From an uncultured Gammaproteobacteria bacterium (GTDB lineage Bacteria > Patescibacteriota > Microgenomatia > PFEM01 > JAPLYW01), in contig OZ246397.1 of NCBI GenBank assembly GCA_965230945.1, positions 239,701-303,700 on the forward strand: DNA of 64,000 nt. The letters run 5' to 3'. The notes under the pieces were generated by a model. The model had not been told where the DNA came from. It made no database searches and saw nothing but the letters and a program-made list of their open reading frames with translations. Below are positions 38,073 through 49,000 of the stretch, one piece after another; the stretch's first letter is position 1; each line of letters opens with the position of its first letter. A program made the translations under genes and the position numbers.

Positions 38073-38819
38073 TTAACGTTTCCCTCCTTTAATAATTAAT
38101 CTATCAGAATATTTTCTTTTCTTTCTCGTTTTTTTACCCAAAGTCTTCTTCCCCCAAGGTGACTTTGGAGAGGGCATACCAATTCCCGACTTCCCTTCAC
38201 CACCACCATGTGGGTGAGAAGCAGGATGCTGAGCCACTCCACGCACCGTCGGCCTAATTCCCATATGTCTTTTTCTGCCAGCCTTGCCAATGACTCTGTC
38301 CTTCCAGTCAATATTACCAAGTTGACCAATACTGGCAAAACATTCTAAACGGATCTTTCGTTGTTCACCAGAGGGCAATTTTAAAATGACATTTTTATCT
38401 TCCTTACTCATAACCAAAGCTCCCGTACCTGCACCCCTCACTATCTGGCCGCCTTTACCCGCTCTAATTTCAATATTATGGACCGTTGTTCCCAGGGGAA
38501 TCTTTTTCAAAGGCAAAGCGTTACCTATCTTAATCTCTGCCTTTTTACCAGACAAAAGTTCTTGGCCTATCTCTAACCCTTCGGGAGCTAAAATATAGCG
38601 CTTTTCGCCATCAGCGTAAAAAAGCAAAGCGATATCTGCTCCTCGATTAGGATCGTATTCTATAGAGGCCACTTTAGCGGGAATATTATGCTTGTCCCTT
38701 TTAAAATCAATCTCTCTTAAAAACCTTTTTTCTCTGCCGCCTTGATGACGAACTGTCACCTTTCCGACAGCATTTCTTCCTGATCTTTTTGGTAAAACCT
38801 TTAATAATTTTTTAGCCAT
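38073..38819 (-). CDS. rplB: 50S ribosomal protein L2 (N-terminally short)
   Basis: [20 protein letters not shown]. Confidence 0.96.
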   Translation of the reverse strand: MAKKLLKVLPKRSGRNAVGKVTVRHQGGREKRFLREIDFKRDKHNIPAKVASIEYDPNRGADIALLFYADGEKRYILAPEGLEIGQELLSGKKAEIKIGNALPLKKIPLGTTVHNIEIRAGKGGQIVRGAGTGALVMSKEDKNVILKLPSGEQRKIRLECFASIGQLGNIDWKDRVIGKAGRKRHMGIRPTVRGVAQHPASHPHGGGEGKSGIGMPSPKSPWGKKTLGKKTRKKRKYSDRLIIKGGKR

Positions 38820-38821
38820 TT

Positions 38822-39115
38822 TTAACCCTCGGTTGCAAATAAATCAATTTTATCGCCTTCTCTAAGCAAAATAATCGCCTTTTTCCAATCTGCTTTTTGA
38901 GTTTCCTTTCTTGTTCTTAAAGCTCTGTGTTTTTTACCGACGACTTTCATTGTCCTTACTTTTAAAACCTTTACCTTAAAAAATTTCTCCACCGCTTTTT
39001 TAATGTCTTCTTTATTAGCTTTTCTATCGACTTCGAAAACATATTTTTGCTCAGTCGTTAAAGCGGCTGCTTTTTCCGTTACCACTGGTCGTTTTAAAAC
39101 ATCACTTAACTTCAT
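38822..39115 (-). CDS. rplW: 50S ribosomal protein L23
   Basis: [21 protein letters not shown]. Confidence 0.95.
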   Translation of the reverse strand: MKLSDVLKRPVVTEKAAALTTEQKYVFEVDRKANKEDIKKAVEKFFKVKVLKVRTMKVVGKKHRALRTRKETQKADWKKAIILLREGDKIDLFATEG

Positions 39116-39753
39116 TATTTTTTACCTAGAAAAACTTTTTCTAACTCCTTAATACTTTCTTGAGCAAATAAAAGCTGGCCTCCATTTAAAATCTCATAAG
39201 TAGTAAGTAAATCAGCCTGCATTAAGTTAACCCCTTTGATATTTCTTGAAGCTCTGATAACGCTTTCGAAACCTTCAGGCAAAATAAAAGAAACCTTCTT
39301 TTGCTCTAAATTAAGTTTCTTTAAAACTTCAGCCATTTTTTTAGTCTTCGGTTCTACTTTTTTTAAGTCTTTGATTAATATCATCTGATTTTCGTCAAGC
39401 TTCTTACTTAAAGCAGAAAACAAGGCTTTCTTTTTTAAAACCTTGCTCATTTTTAATTTAAAATTTTCAATCCCCTTTGGTCCATGAGTTACCCCTCCAC
39501 CGACAAAAATAGGAGCAGATTTTGCTCCATGCCTCGCTCGACCAGTCCCTTTCTGCCTAAACCATTTTGCCTTAGTTTTATTTACCTCTGACCTGCCTTT
39601 TACTTTCACCCCGGCCTTCCGTTGATTGCTTAAATAAACTCTAACTGCCTGAGCCATCAAAATCTCATTTATCGGCGCTCTAAAAATCTCGCTGGGTAAA
39701 CTAACTTTCCCCGACTTATTACCAGTAGTGGTGTAAAGATCAACTTTAAGCAT
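39115..39753 (-). CDS. rplD: 50S ribosomal protein L4
   Basis: RQKGTGRARHG, GGGVTHGP. Confidence 0.96.
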   Translation of the reverse strand: MLKVDLYTTTGNKSGKVSLPSEIFRAPINEILMAQAVRVYLSNQRKAGVKVKGRSEVNKTKAKWFRQKGTGRARHGAKSAPIFVGGGVTHGPKGIENFKLKMSKVLKKKALFSALSKKLDENQMILIKDLKKVEPKTKKMAEVLKKLNLEQKKVSFILPEGFESVIRASRNIKGVNLMQADLLTTYEILNGGQLLFAQESIKELEKVFLGKK

Positions 39754-40342
39754 TTTTCTCCTTCTTTTCTTCTCCTTCGGTTCTTGCTTCTTGAGCTTCT
39801 TTGAGCTTTTCTTGAGCTTCCTTTTCTTTTCTTAATCGCTCTGTTTTTTCTTCTTCCGTCTCTTGAATTTCCCTTTGCCCTTGTTTCATTAGAGGAACAA
39901 ATTTTTTATCTTCCTTATACTTTTTAATAGTTAACTTGCCCTTTTTATAACCAGGAACCAAGCCTTTAACCAATAAAATTTTATTATCGTTATCAACATC
40001 CATAACCAACAACCCTAAAAGAGTAGTCTTTTGATTACCTAAATGTCCAGGCATTTTCTTACCTTTATGAACTCGTCCAGGAGTAGTTGTCTGCCCAATT
40101 GAACCCGGAGCACGAAGGCGATCTGATTGTCCATGAGTCTTAGGACCACCCTTAAAACCCCAACGCTTAACTACACCCGCAAAACCCTTGCCTTTTGACC
40201 AACCAGTAACTTTAATCAAGTCACCTGGCTTTAAGCTGGTTTCTTTTTCAAAACCAATACGAGTAACAGGAATTCTCTTCCCATCTTGGGTAAATTTTTG
40301 GACAGAATCGATTTTTATACCTAAAGTAAAATCTTTGTTCAT
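39746..40342 (-). CDS. rplC: 50S ribosomal protein L3 with large internal deletion and charged C-terminal extension
   Basis: SKGKGFAGVVKRWGF, THGQS..RAPGSIG, KGKKMPGH. Confidence 0.93.
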   Translation of the reverse strand: MNKDFTLGIKIDSVQKFTQDGKRIPVTRIGFEKETSLKPGDLIKVTGWSKGKGFAGVVKRWGFKGGPKTHGQSDRLRAPGSIGQTTTPGRVHKGKKMPGHLGNQKTTLLGLLVMDVDNDNKILLVKGLVPGYKKGKLTIKKYKEDKKFVPLMKQGQREIQETEEEKTERLRKEKEAQEKLKEAQEARTEGEEKKEKNA

Positions 40343-40356
40343 TTTATTTTAACCAC

Positions 40357-40472
40357 AAAAAAAGCGCCGGAGGCACTCTTAAGAAAATTGTACCTGGTTT
40401 ATCAAAAAGCTAACTCAAAAGAGTCTCACCTCCATTAGCGGTAATTATAAAATAAATAGGAGAAAATTGCAA
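40357..40472 (-). promoter_or_regulatory. Internal promoter and structured leader between rpsJ and rplC
   Basis: TTGCAA-17-TATAAT (40472-40444); stems GGAGGT/GCCTCC and ACTCTT/AAGAGT followed by U7. Confidence 0.7.
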
Positions 40473-40488
40473 TACTAAAGGGGAAATC

Positions 40489-40797
40489 TTACATCTTAAC
40501 TTCGATATCAACCCCGGCCGGTAAATTAAGATGCATTAGGGAATCAATTGTCTTTTCCGTAGGTTCTATAATATCAATTAAGCGTTTATGGATAAGAATC
40601 TGAAAATGCTCCTGAGAGTCTTTGTCAGTATGGGGACTGGCGACAACAGAAATTAACTTCTTTCTGGTAGGTAAAGGTACGGGGCCAACAACCCTCGCAC
40701 CACTTGTTAAAGCAACTTCTAAGATTTTCTCGCAACTCTCATCGATGACTCGATGATCATACGATTTTAAATGTACTCTAATTCTACCCTTCGGCAT
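40489..40797 (-). CDS. rpsJ: 30S ribosomal protein S10
   Basis: LKSYDH, GPVPLPT, HKRLIDI. Confidence 0.97.
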   Translation of the reverse strand: MPKGRIRVHLKSYDHRVIDESCEKILEVALTSGARVVGPVPLPTRKKLISVVASPHTDKDSQEHFQILIHKRLIDIIEPTEKTIDSLMHLNLPAGVDIEVKM

Positions 40798-40808
40798 TTT
40801 CCACTTTT

Positions 40809-41993
40809 TTATTTAATTACTTTTGAAATAACACCAGCTCCTACCGTATGCCCGCCTTCACGGACAGCAAAGCGAAGACCTTCTTCCAGCGCCACTGGTT
40901 GGATTAACTTGACCGTCGCCTTAGCATTATCACCAGGCATGACCATCTCTACCCCTGAAGGCAAGGTCACTTCTCCAGTCACATCAGTAGTGCGAATATA
41001 GAACTGGGGTCTATATCCAGAGAAGAAAGGGGTATGTCTACCTCCTTCTTCCTTGTTGAGGATATAAATCTCTGCCTCAAATTCGGTATGAGGAGTAACC
41101 GTACCTGGCTTGGCCAAAACCTGGCCACGTTCAACATCGTCTTTTTCAATCCCTCTTAAGAGAATACCGACGTTATCACCGGCTTGACCTTGGTCAAGAG
41201 TCTTTCTGAACATTTCAACCCCAGTGACTATCGTTTTTTTGGTATCTTTAAGACCAACTATTTCAATTTCGTCATTAACATTAACTATCCCCCTCTCTAT
41301 GCGGCCGGTAGCTACCGTTCCTCGACCCTTAATTGAGAAAACATCCTCAACCGGCATCAAGAAAGGTTTATCCAACAACCTTTTTGGAGCAGGCACAAAC
41401 TCATCAACGGCCTTCATAAGCTCTAAAATGGCCTTTTTGGAATCTTCATCGCCTTCTAGAGCCTTCAAGGCTGAACCACGGATAATAGGAGTTTTATCTC
41501 CTGGAAACTTATACTTATTTAAAAGTTCCCGAATTTCCATTTCTACCAGATCTAGAAGTTCTTTGTCCTTAACCATATCAACCTTGTTTAAGAAAACAAC
41601 GATGGCTGGTACGTTTACTTGACGAGCCAATAAAAGATGCTCTCTTGTCTGAGGCATAGGACCATCATTGGCAGCAACCACCAAAATAGCCCCATCCATT
41701 TGAGCAGCTCCGGTGATCATATTTTTGATATAGTCCTTATGACCCGGACAGTCAATATGAGCATAATGACGATTAGGTGTTTCGTATTCAATATGAGCAA
41801 TATTGATGGTAACTCCTCTTTCTTTTTCTTCAGGAGCACCATCAATCTTTTCAAAAGGAACAAAATCTGCACCTCCGCCTTCTTCAGATAAAACCTTAGT
41901 AATAGCGGAAGTTAGAGTTGTCTTTCCGTGGTCAACATGACCAATAGTACCAATATTAAGATGGGGTTTTTTTCTTTCAAATTTAGCTACCAT
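40809..41993 (-). CDS. tuf: Elongation factor Tu
   Basis: [18 protein letters not shown]; own promoter (TTGTAA-18-TATAAT) and AGGAGG SD. Confidence 0.99.
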   Translation of the reverse strand: MVAKFERKKPHLNIGTIGHVDHGKTTLTSAITKVLSEEGGGADFVPFEKIDGAPEEKERGVTINIAHIEYETPNRHYAHIDCPGHKDYIKNMITGAAQMDGAILVVAANDGPMPQTREHLLLARQVNVPAIVVFLNKVDMVKDKELLDLVEMEIRELLNKYKFPGDKTPIIRGSALKALEGDEDSKKAILELMKAVDEFVPAPKRLLDKPFLMPVEDVFSIKGRGTVATGRIERGIVNVNDEIEIVGLKDTKKTIVTGVEMFRKTLDQGQAGDNVGILLRGIEKDDVERGQVLAKPGTVTPHTEFEAEIYILNKEEGGRHTPFFSGYRPQFYIRTTDVTGEVTLPSGVEMVMPGDNAKATVKLIQPVALEEGLRFAVREGGHTVGAGVISKVIK

Positions 41994-42058
41994 TTTTTTC
42001 CTCCTAAAAAGATAAAATAATAAGTAATTATAAAACAGATTGCTACTATTTTACAAGA

Positions 42059-44182
42059 TTATACTTCTTTTTTCAAGCTCGTCTTTTGTTCAATAATTTT
42101 TTCCGTAATACTAGCGGGGATTTCTTCATAATGGCTTGGTTCTAAATAGAATGTGGCCCGACCCTGAGTCAAGCTTCTTAAGGTCGTTGCATAGCCAGAA
42201 ACTTCAGCCAAAGGAACAGTGCCTTTGATAATCTTAACCTTATCTCTATCTTGAGTCTCTAAAATCTGAGCTCTCTTACTAGATAAATCACCAATAACAT
42301 CGCCTAAAAATTCCTCTGGGGTAGTTACTTCTAGCTTCATAATCGGTTCAATTAAAAGTAGTTCCGCCTTTTTAACCGCTTCTTGCAAAGCCATAGAACC
42401 AGCAATCTTAAAGGCAATCTCAGATGAATCAACATCATGGAAAGTACCATCATAGACCGCTACGGACATATCGACCAATGGATAACCAGCCAAAACACCC
42501 TTACTCATGGCTTCTTTTACTCCTTTTTCAATGGCGGGAATAAACTCTGAAGGAATGGACGCACCTTTAATCTCATTAATAAATTTAAAACCTTCTCCCT
42601 GCGGTAAAGGTTCGACCCTAAGGTAACAATGACCGTATTGTCCACGACCTCCAGATTGACGAATATATTTCCCTTCCGCTTTAGCCATCTTTTTAATGGT
42701 TTCTTTATAAGCAACTTGAGGCTGGCCAGTATTAGTCGAAACATTAAACTCTCTTTTCAACCGATCCACCAAAATCTCCAGGTGAAGCTCACCCATACCG
42801 GCAATGGTTGTCTGCCCGGTCTGAGAATTAAATCTAATTTTAAAAGTCGGATCCTCTTCAGATAAAGCTTTTAAAGAATAACTTAATTTTTCTTGGTCGG
42901 TTCGTGTTTTAGGTTCAATAGCTAAGGAAATAACTGGATCTGGGAAAGAAATTGATTCTAAAATAATAGGTTTTTCCTTTATGCATAAAGTATCACCGGT
43001 AGTCGTTTCTTTAAGACCAACGGCAGCCACAATTTCTCCTGCCTCTGCTTGCTGAATAGATTCTTTTTGATCAGCATGCATCAATAAAAGTCGAGAAACC
43101 CTCTCTTTTTTCCGCTGAACAGCATTGTAGACCACATCCCCAACCTTTAAAGCTCCTGAATAGATTCTAATATAATTTAATCTTCCCACATGGGGATCGG
43201 TCTGAACCTTAAAAGCTAATGCCGCCAAACTACTCTGAGGATCAGTTTTTCTTTCTTCTTCCTGATCAGTCTGTGGATTTTTACCTTTAATTGGGGGTAA
43301 ATCCAGCGGGCTCGGTAAAAAATCAACCACACCATCTAAAAGTGGCTGCACTCCCTTGTTTCTTAAAGAAGAACCAGCGTAAACGGGAACAAGTTTATTG
43401 GCAATGGTAGCTTTCCTTAAACCAGCCTTTAGCTCTTTTAAAGAAACTTCTTCCTCGTTTAAAAATTTATCAATTAGTTCTTCATCAATTTCGGCAACCT
43501 GCTCAATAATTTTTTCTCGATACTCCTTGAATTTGTCTTGTAAATCAGCTGGGATTTCTTTTTCTTCAAATTTTTCTCCTTTGGGCTCCTTTTTTTCATC
43601 CCAAATAAAAGCTTTCTGCCTTAAAATATCGATGACACCGATAAAATCTTTCTCAACTCCAATAGGATATGTAACCACGGCTACCTTAGCTCCCAATCTA
43701 TCCTCAATCATCTTTAAAGTATTTTCAAAATCAGCTCCCATTTTATCCATTTTATTAATAAAGGCCAAACGAGGCACCTTATACTTATCAGCCTGACGCC
43801 AAACTGTTTCTGATTGTGATTGCACTCCTTCTTCGGCATCAAAAACAATAATGCCGCCATCTAAAACACGCAAGGCCCGCTCTACCTCAGCGGTAAAATC
43901 CACATGTCCCGGAGTATCAATGATATTAATACGATGATCACGCCAAAAAGTAGTTGTTGCTGCCGAAACAATAGTAATGCCTCTTTCTCTTTCCTGAGCC
44001 ATCCAATCCATCTGAGTTGTTCCTTCATCAATATCACCAATCTTGTAACTTTTACCGGTGTAATATAAAATCCGTTCGGTAGTCGTTGTTTTGCCAGCGT
44101 CGATATGAGCAATAATCCCAATATTGCGAACTCTTTCAATTGGGACAACTAACTTTTGGTCTTTCTTTTCTCTATCTGCCAT
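42059..44182 (-). CDS. fusA: Elongation factor G
   Basis: AHIDAGKTT, DTPGH, GMGELHL, QSGGRGQYGH. Confidence 0.98.
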   Translation of the reverse strand: MADREKKDQKLVVPIERVRNIGIIAHIDAGKTTTTERILYYTGKSYKIGDIDEGTTQMDWMAQERERGITIVSAATTTFWRDHRINIIDTPGHVDFTAEVERALRVLDGGIIVFDAEEGVQSQSETVWRQADKYKVPRLAFINKMDKMGADFENTLKMIEDRLGAKVAVVTYPIGVEKDFIGVIDILRQKAFIWDEKKEPKGEKFEEKEIPADLQDKFKEYREKIIEQVAEIDEELIDKFLNEEEVSLKELKAGLRKATIANKLVPVYAGSSLRNKGVQPLLDGVVDFLPSPLDLPPIKGKNPQTDQEEERKTDPQSSLAALAFKVQTDPHVGRLNYIRIYSGALKVGDVVYNAVQRKKERVSRLLLMHADQKESIQQAEAGEIVAAVGLKETTTGDTLCIKEKPIILESISFPDPVISLAIEPKTRTDQEKLSYSLKALSEEDPTFKIRFNSQTGQTTIAGMGELHLEILVDRLKREFNVSTNTGQPQVAYKETIKKMAKAEGKYIRQSGGRGQYGHCYLRVEPLPQGEGFKFINEIKGASIPSEFIPAIEKGVKEAMSKGVLAGYPLVDMSVAVYDGTFHDVDSSEIAFKIAGSMALQEAVKKAELLLIEPIMKLEVTTPEEFLGDVIGDLSSKRAQILETQDRDKVKIIKGTVPLAEVSGYATTLRSLTQGRATFYLEPSHYEEIPASITEKIIEQKTSLKKEV

Positions 44183-44208
44183 AATTAAATTTTATCACTT
44201 TTAAGCAT

Positions 44209-44279
44209 AAAAAACTGCTCCTTAAAAGAAGCAGCTGCTTCAATGCCGTTATTTTAACAAAAATCTAGGTTCTAATCAA
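44209..44279 (-). promoter_or_regulatory. fusA upstream promoter with terminator-like hairpin and alternative hairpin
   Basis: TTGATT-17-TAAAAT; GAAGCAGCTGCTTC overlaps CTGCTTC-TTTTAA-GGAGCAG-T6. Confidence 0.55.
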
Positions 44280-44304
44280 GATGCTATAATTAAAAATAGA
44301 AAAA

Positions 44305-45036
44305 ATGACAGAAAAAGAAAGAAGGCTTAAAGAATATATTAAAAAACTAAAAAGGATCGACCCCGCCCCTTATTTAAAACTGCCCTTAAAGAAATCCTCA
44401 ATAACTATCACCGAAGGATGGTTTTACTCAGAAGAAGAAATAAAAATCCATGGTTTTAAGATTCATACCGGCATTGATTTTAAAGCCAAAAGAAATGAAC
44501 CTGTTTACGCCAGTGCTGAGGGCTGGGCGATCAGTTCCTATCATAGCTTCCGAGTGAAGAATAAGGATGGCTCTTTGAGAAAATATAAAAATAAAACTCT
44601 CAACAATGGCATGGGGTTTTTCGTCCAAATCTACCATCCAAAAAACAAGCAATATACCCAATATGGCCATTTAAATAAAATAAGCAATAAGATTTCTTTT
44701 GGCACACCGAGAAAAATAAAAGGAAACTATTACCCATATGGCCATAAAGTCAAACCTAAAAAAATGAAAGATTCCAAATACTTTACTTGGGTTAAAAAAG
44801 GAGAATTAATTGGCTATGTTGGTGATAGCGGTTTAACTTGGGGCTATAAAGATTATCCTAAAAGACCAGATGTTAAAAAGTATCCTTCATGGGACGAAGT
44901 CCATCTTCATTTCCAAGAATTCACCAGAGATAAACAAGGAAATAAAATAGAGCCGAGAGATCCTTTTAATATCTACAATACCTATCAGAAATACCCTCAA
45001 ACGAAAAAGGAATTTAGAAAAACTCTTTGGAAATAA
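44305..45036 (+). CDS. M23 family metallopeptidase
   Basis: HTGIDF, YGHL, IGYVGDSG, HLHF; TGcTATAAT upstream. Confidence 0.85.
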   Translation: MTEKERRLKEYIKKLKRIDPAPYLKLPLKKSSITITEGWFYSEEEIKIHGFKIHTGIDFKAKRNEPVYASAEGWAISSYHSFRVKNKDGSLRKYKNKTLNNGMGFFVQIYHPKNKQYTQYGHLNKISNKISFGTPRKIKGNYYPYGHKVKPKKMKDSKYFTWVKKGELIGYVGDSGLTWGYKDYPKRPDVKKYPSWDEVHLHFQEFTRDKQGNKIEPRDPFNIYNTYQKYPQTKKEFRKTLWK

Positions 45037-45041
45037 AAAGT

Positions 45042-45533
45042 CTACCATCTAAAATGACTGAATGCCTTGTTGGCCTCAGCCATTCTATGAGTATCTTCTT
45101 TTTTCTTAACGGCGTTACCAGTATTGTTGTAGGCATCTTTTATCTCTGCAGCTAACTTTTGCCAAAATTGATGATAGTCTTTGCTTGATCTTCTTTGAGC
45201 CGCTTTAATCAGCCAACGCAAGGCTAAAGACTCTCGTCTGTCACTTCCAACTGGCATGGGGACCTGATAAGAAGCACCACCAATTCTTCGCGGTTTAACC
45301 TCCATGGTAGGCTTAATATTATCTATTGCTCTGTTTAAAATCTCTAGCGGATCTTTCTTATCTTTAGATTTCTCTTTTTCTACCAGAGCCTCTAGAGCTT
45401 CATAAACGTGTTTTTGAGCCACCGTTTTTTTACCGCTTCTCATTGTCTTATTGATTAAGCGACTGACTAAAGGGCTTTGATAGATGGGATCTAGGGCTGT
45501 TGTTCTTTTTTTAACTCTTCCTGCTCTTGGCAT
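45042..45533 (-). CDS. rpsG: 30S ribosomal protein S7
   Basis: [26 protein letters not shown]. Confidence 0.97.
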   Translation of the reverse strand: MPRAGRVKKRTTALDPIYQSPLVSRLINKTMRSGKKTVAQKHVYEALEALVEKEKSKDKKDPLEILNRAIDNIKPTMEVKPRRIGGASYQVPMPVGSDRRESLALRWLIKAAQRRSSKDYHQFWQKLAAEIKDAYNNTGNAVKKKEDTHRMAEANKAFSHFRW

Positions 45534-45538
45534 ATCTT

Positions 45539-46012
45539 TTAAGTAGTTTCTGCTGCGGCTGGTTTCTCAGCTGTCTCAACTATTGGCCTAGCCGGAACTG
45601 CTCCCCCTTCCTTACGACTCCCGTACTTTGATCTGGCTTTTTTACGACCTTCGACACCAGTTAAATCAAGCTTACCACGAATAACATGATATTTTACTCC
45701 AGGAAGATCTTTAACCCGACCACCCCTTATTAAAACCATACCGTGTTCCGTTAATTCATGGCCTTCTCCTGGAATATAAACAGTAACCTCCTGTTTATTA
45801 GAAAGTCTCACCCTAGCCACTTTTCTTAAAGCAGAGTTAGGTTTTTTAGGAACCATTGTTTTAACTAATAAAATTACGCCGCGTTTTTGGGGGTTAACTG
45901 TCTGAGAAATACGCCTCGTACGAGCATTAAAACTCTTCCTTAAAGCTGTCCCTTTGACTTTTTTAACAGTCTTTTTTCTTCCTTTTCTAACCAGTTGAGA
46001 TATTGTTGGCAT
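45539..46012 (-). CDS. rpsL: 30S ribosomal protein S12
   Basis: [28 protein letters not shown]. Confidence 0.97.
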   Translation of the reverse strand: MPTISQLVRKGRKKTVKKVKGTALRKSFNARTRRISQTVNPQKRGVILLVKTMVPKKPNSALRKVARVRLSNKQEVTVYIPGEGHELTEHGMVLIRGGRVKDLPGVKYHVIRGKLDLTGVEGRKKARSKYGSRKEGGAVPARPIVETAEKPAAAETT

Positions 46013-46044
46013 GGGGTAAATTCTATCAAATTTTAAGCTCTACT

Positions 46045-49000
46045 TCAATCTTTAAGTCTTTCTGGAGTTACGGGAATCAATCTACCGATAATTACATTTT
46101 CTTTAAGCCCCATCAACTTATCTTCTTTGCCTTCCAAAGAAGCGGATGTCAAGACATTAGTAGTTTCTTGGAAAGAAGCTGCTGACAACCAAGAATCAGT
46201 ATATAAAGAAACTTTGGTTAAGCCTAAAATAACTATCTTGGCCGTTGCTGGTTCACCACCCTCAGCTAACACCCTAGCATTTTCTTCCTCAAACCTCACC
46301 TTACTAACAAACTCTCCTGCTAAAAGAGTCGTGTCACCCGTACTCTCCACCTTTACCTTATCACTCATTCTTCTAACTATCACCTCAAAATGCTTATCAT
46401 GAATGGGGATTCCTTGAGATCCATAAACTTCTTGCAGTTCGTCAATAAGATATTCTTGAGCTGCTTGAACTCCCTTAACCTGCAAAACATCTTTAATATC
46501 CAATGCTCCGAAAGAAATTCTATCACCAGCAGCAATTAATTGACCATCTTTAACGTTTAGTTTACTAACAGCAGGAATTAGGTATTCCCTTTCCTCAATG
46601 GGCTTAACACCAACACTTTTAATTTTTACCTTATGGCCATCATCAGTTTCAACGACACTAACCTTTCCGGAAATTTCTGCCAAAGGAGAAACTACTTTTG
46701 GCAAACGAGCTTCAAAAATCTCTTCCACTCTAGGCAAGCCTTGAGTCACATCAGAAACAACAATACCCCCAAAATGCTTCGTCTTCAAAGTCAGCTGAGT
46801 ACCTGGTTCACCAATTGACTGGGCTGCCAGAACTCCCACTGGGGTACCTACTTCAGCCTTAGCTTTATTAGACTGATCCCAACCATAACATTGAACACAA
46901 AGACCATAGCGAGATTCACAGGTCAAAGGAGAACGAACTTTTACTTCTAAGATATGATGTCTTTCCAAAATACCCGCGTTTTGATCGGTAATTAACTCAC
47001 CCCGCTTGAGTAAAACTTTTTTCGTCTTAGAATCAACCACTGATTCTGCCAAAACCTTTCCCTTAACTCTATCAAAGAACTTATCAGCTCTTCTGACATC
47101 CTTCTGACGACTGATAACAATACCGTTTTTGGTCTTACAATCTTCCTCCCTTAAAAGAATGTCATGGACAGCATCAACCAAGCGACGTGTTAAATAACCA
47201 GCATCTGCCGTCTTCAAAGCCGTATCTGTTAATCCTTTTCGAGAACCCCTAGCTGAAGTTACGTACTCAAAAACAGACAGTCCTTCTCTGAAATTAGATT
47301 TAATAGGCAACTCTACAATTTTCCCTAAAGGATCAACAACTAATCCTTGCATAGCAGAAAGTTGTTTTATCTGATCCCTAGAAGTTCTGCCTAAACCAGC
47401 ATCAATAATTAAACGAATACTATTACCAGGTTCAAATTCTTTCCAAGTCAAGTCAGTAACCTCTTCTGCTGTATCTAACCAAATTTCTTTAACTAAACGG
47501 CGTTTTTCTTCTTGAGTAATAAGACCCTCCAGGAAATTCTTTTCTAATTGATTAGCCTTTTCATTAGATTCTTTAATGATATTATCTTTACTTGGATAAA
47601 CAACACAGTCAAAAATTCCCGCTGAAATTCCTGATTGAGTGGAATACTTAAAGCCAATATCTTTGAGATCATCAATCAATTTAACAATTCGCTGTTCATC
47701 ACAAATCTGAATAGCTCTCGTTACCAAAGCCTGAACTGTTCTTTGGCGAACGTCATCATTAACAAAGGGAATTTCCTTTGGCAAAATCTCATTAAATAAA
47801 ACACGACCAACAGTTGTTTCTATGATTTTACCTTCAATTCTTGCTTTAATTAACTGACGTAATCTCATTTTATTTTCTTGATAGGCCAAAATCGCCTCTT
47901 TAGAATTGGCAAAAATCGTTTGGTATGATTCCTGCTTGCTATCTATGGAAGTCAAAAAGTAACAGCCTAAAGCCATTTCCTTATCAGGAATGGCAATAGG
48001 GGAACCATCGGCTGGTTTAAGCAGATTATGATCAGCTCTTAAATATTTAGCCGCTTCTTCTTGAGACTTCCTACCTAAAGGAACATGAACAGCCATCTGA
48101 TCACCATCGAAGTCAGCGTTAAAGCCTTTACAAACACAAGGATGAAGTTTGATGGAGTTACCTTCCACTAAAAGCGGATAAAAAGCCTGAATACCCAACT
48201 TATGTAAAGTTGGAGCACGATTGAGTAAAACCAAATGATCTTTAGTAATTTTTTCTAGAATATCGTAGACCTCAGGTGGACGATGCTCCAAAATATATTT
48301 AGCGCTTTTAACATTAGGAGCAACCCCAGTTAAAATTAATTCCCTTAAAACAAAAGGTTTAAACATCTCTAAAGCCATTTCCTTGGGAAGACCACATTGA
48401 GTAATCTTTAATTCCGGACCAACAACAATTACTGAACGGCCAGAATAGTCAACCCGCTTTCCTAAAAGATTCTGACGAAAACGGCCTTGCTTACCTCTTA
48501 AAATATCAGATAAACAGCGGAATGGTTGGGCCCGACGACGCAAGTGCTTAACTGGGCTCTTAGAAACATCAATTAAGCTGTCAACTGCCTCCTGCAACAT
48601 TCTTTTTTCGTTACGGAGAATAATTTCTGGAGCGCCTAAATCAATCAAGTGTTTCAAACGATTATTACGATTAATGACCCGGCGATAGAGATCGTTTAGG
48701 TCGCTGGTGGCAAATCTGCCGCCAGAAAGCTGAACCATAGGTCGCAAATCAGGTGGAATTACCGGCAAAATTCGCAAAACTGCCCAGGAAGGATCAACCT
48801 CCGCCCTAATCATTTCCTCAATCAAAGATAGTCTCTTAGTAGCTTTGATATGACGAGCACCAACACTTTCCTTAACCTCTTTACGAAGTTCAACTAGCAA
48901 TTTCTTAAGATCTAAACTTTTAATCGCTTCCAAAACCACTCCCGCTCCCATGCCAAACTTTAAAAAGGAAGCCACCTTATAAGAAACCAACTTAAAATAT

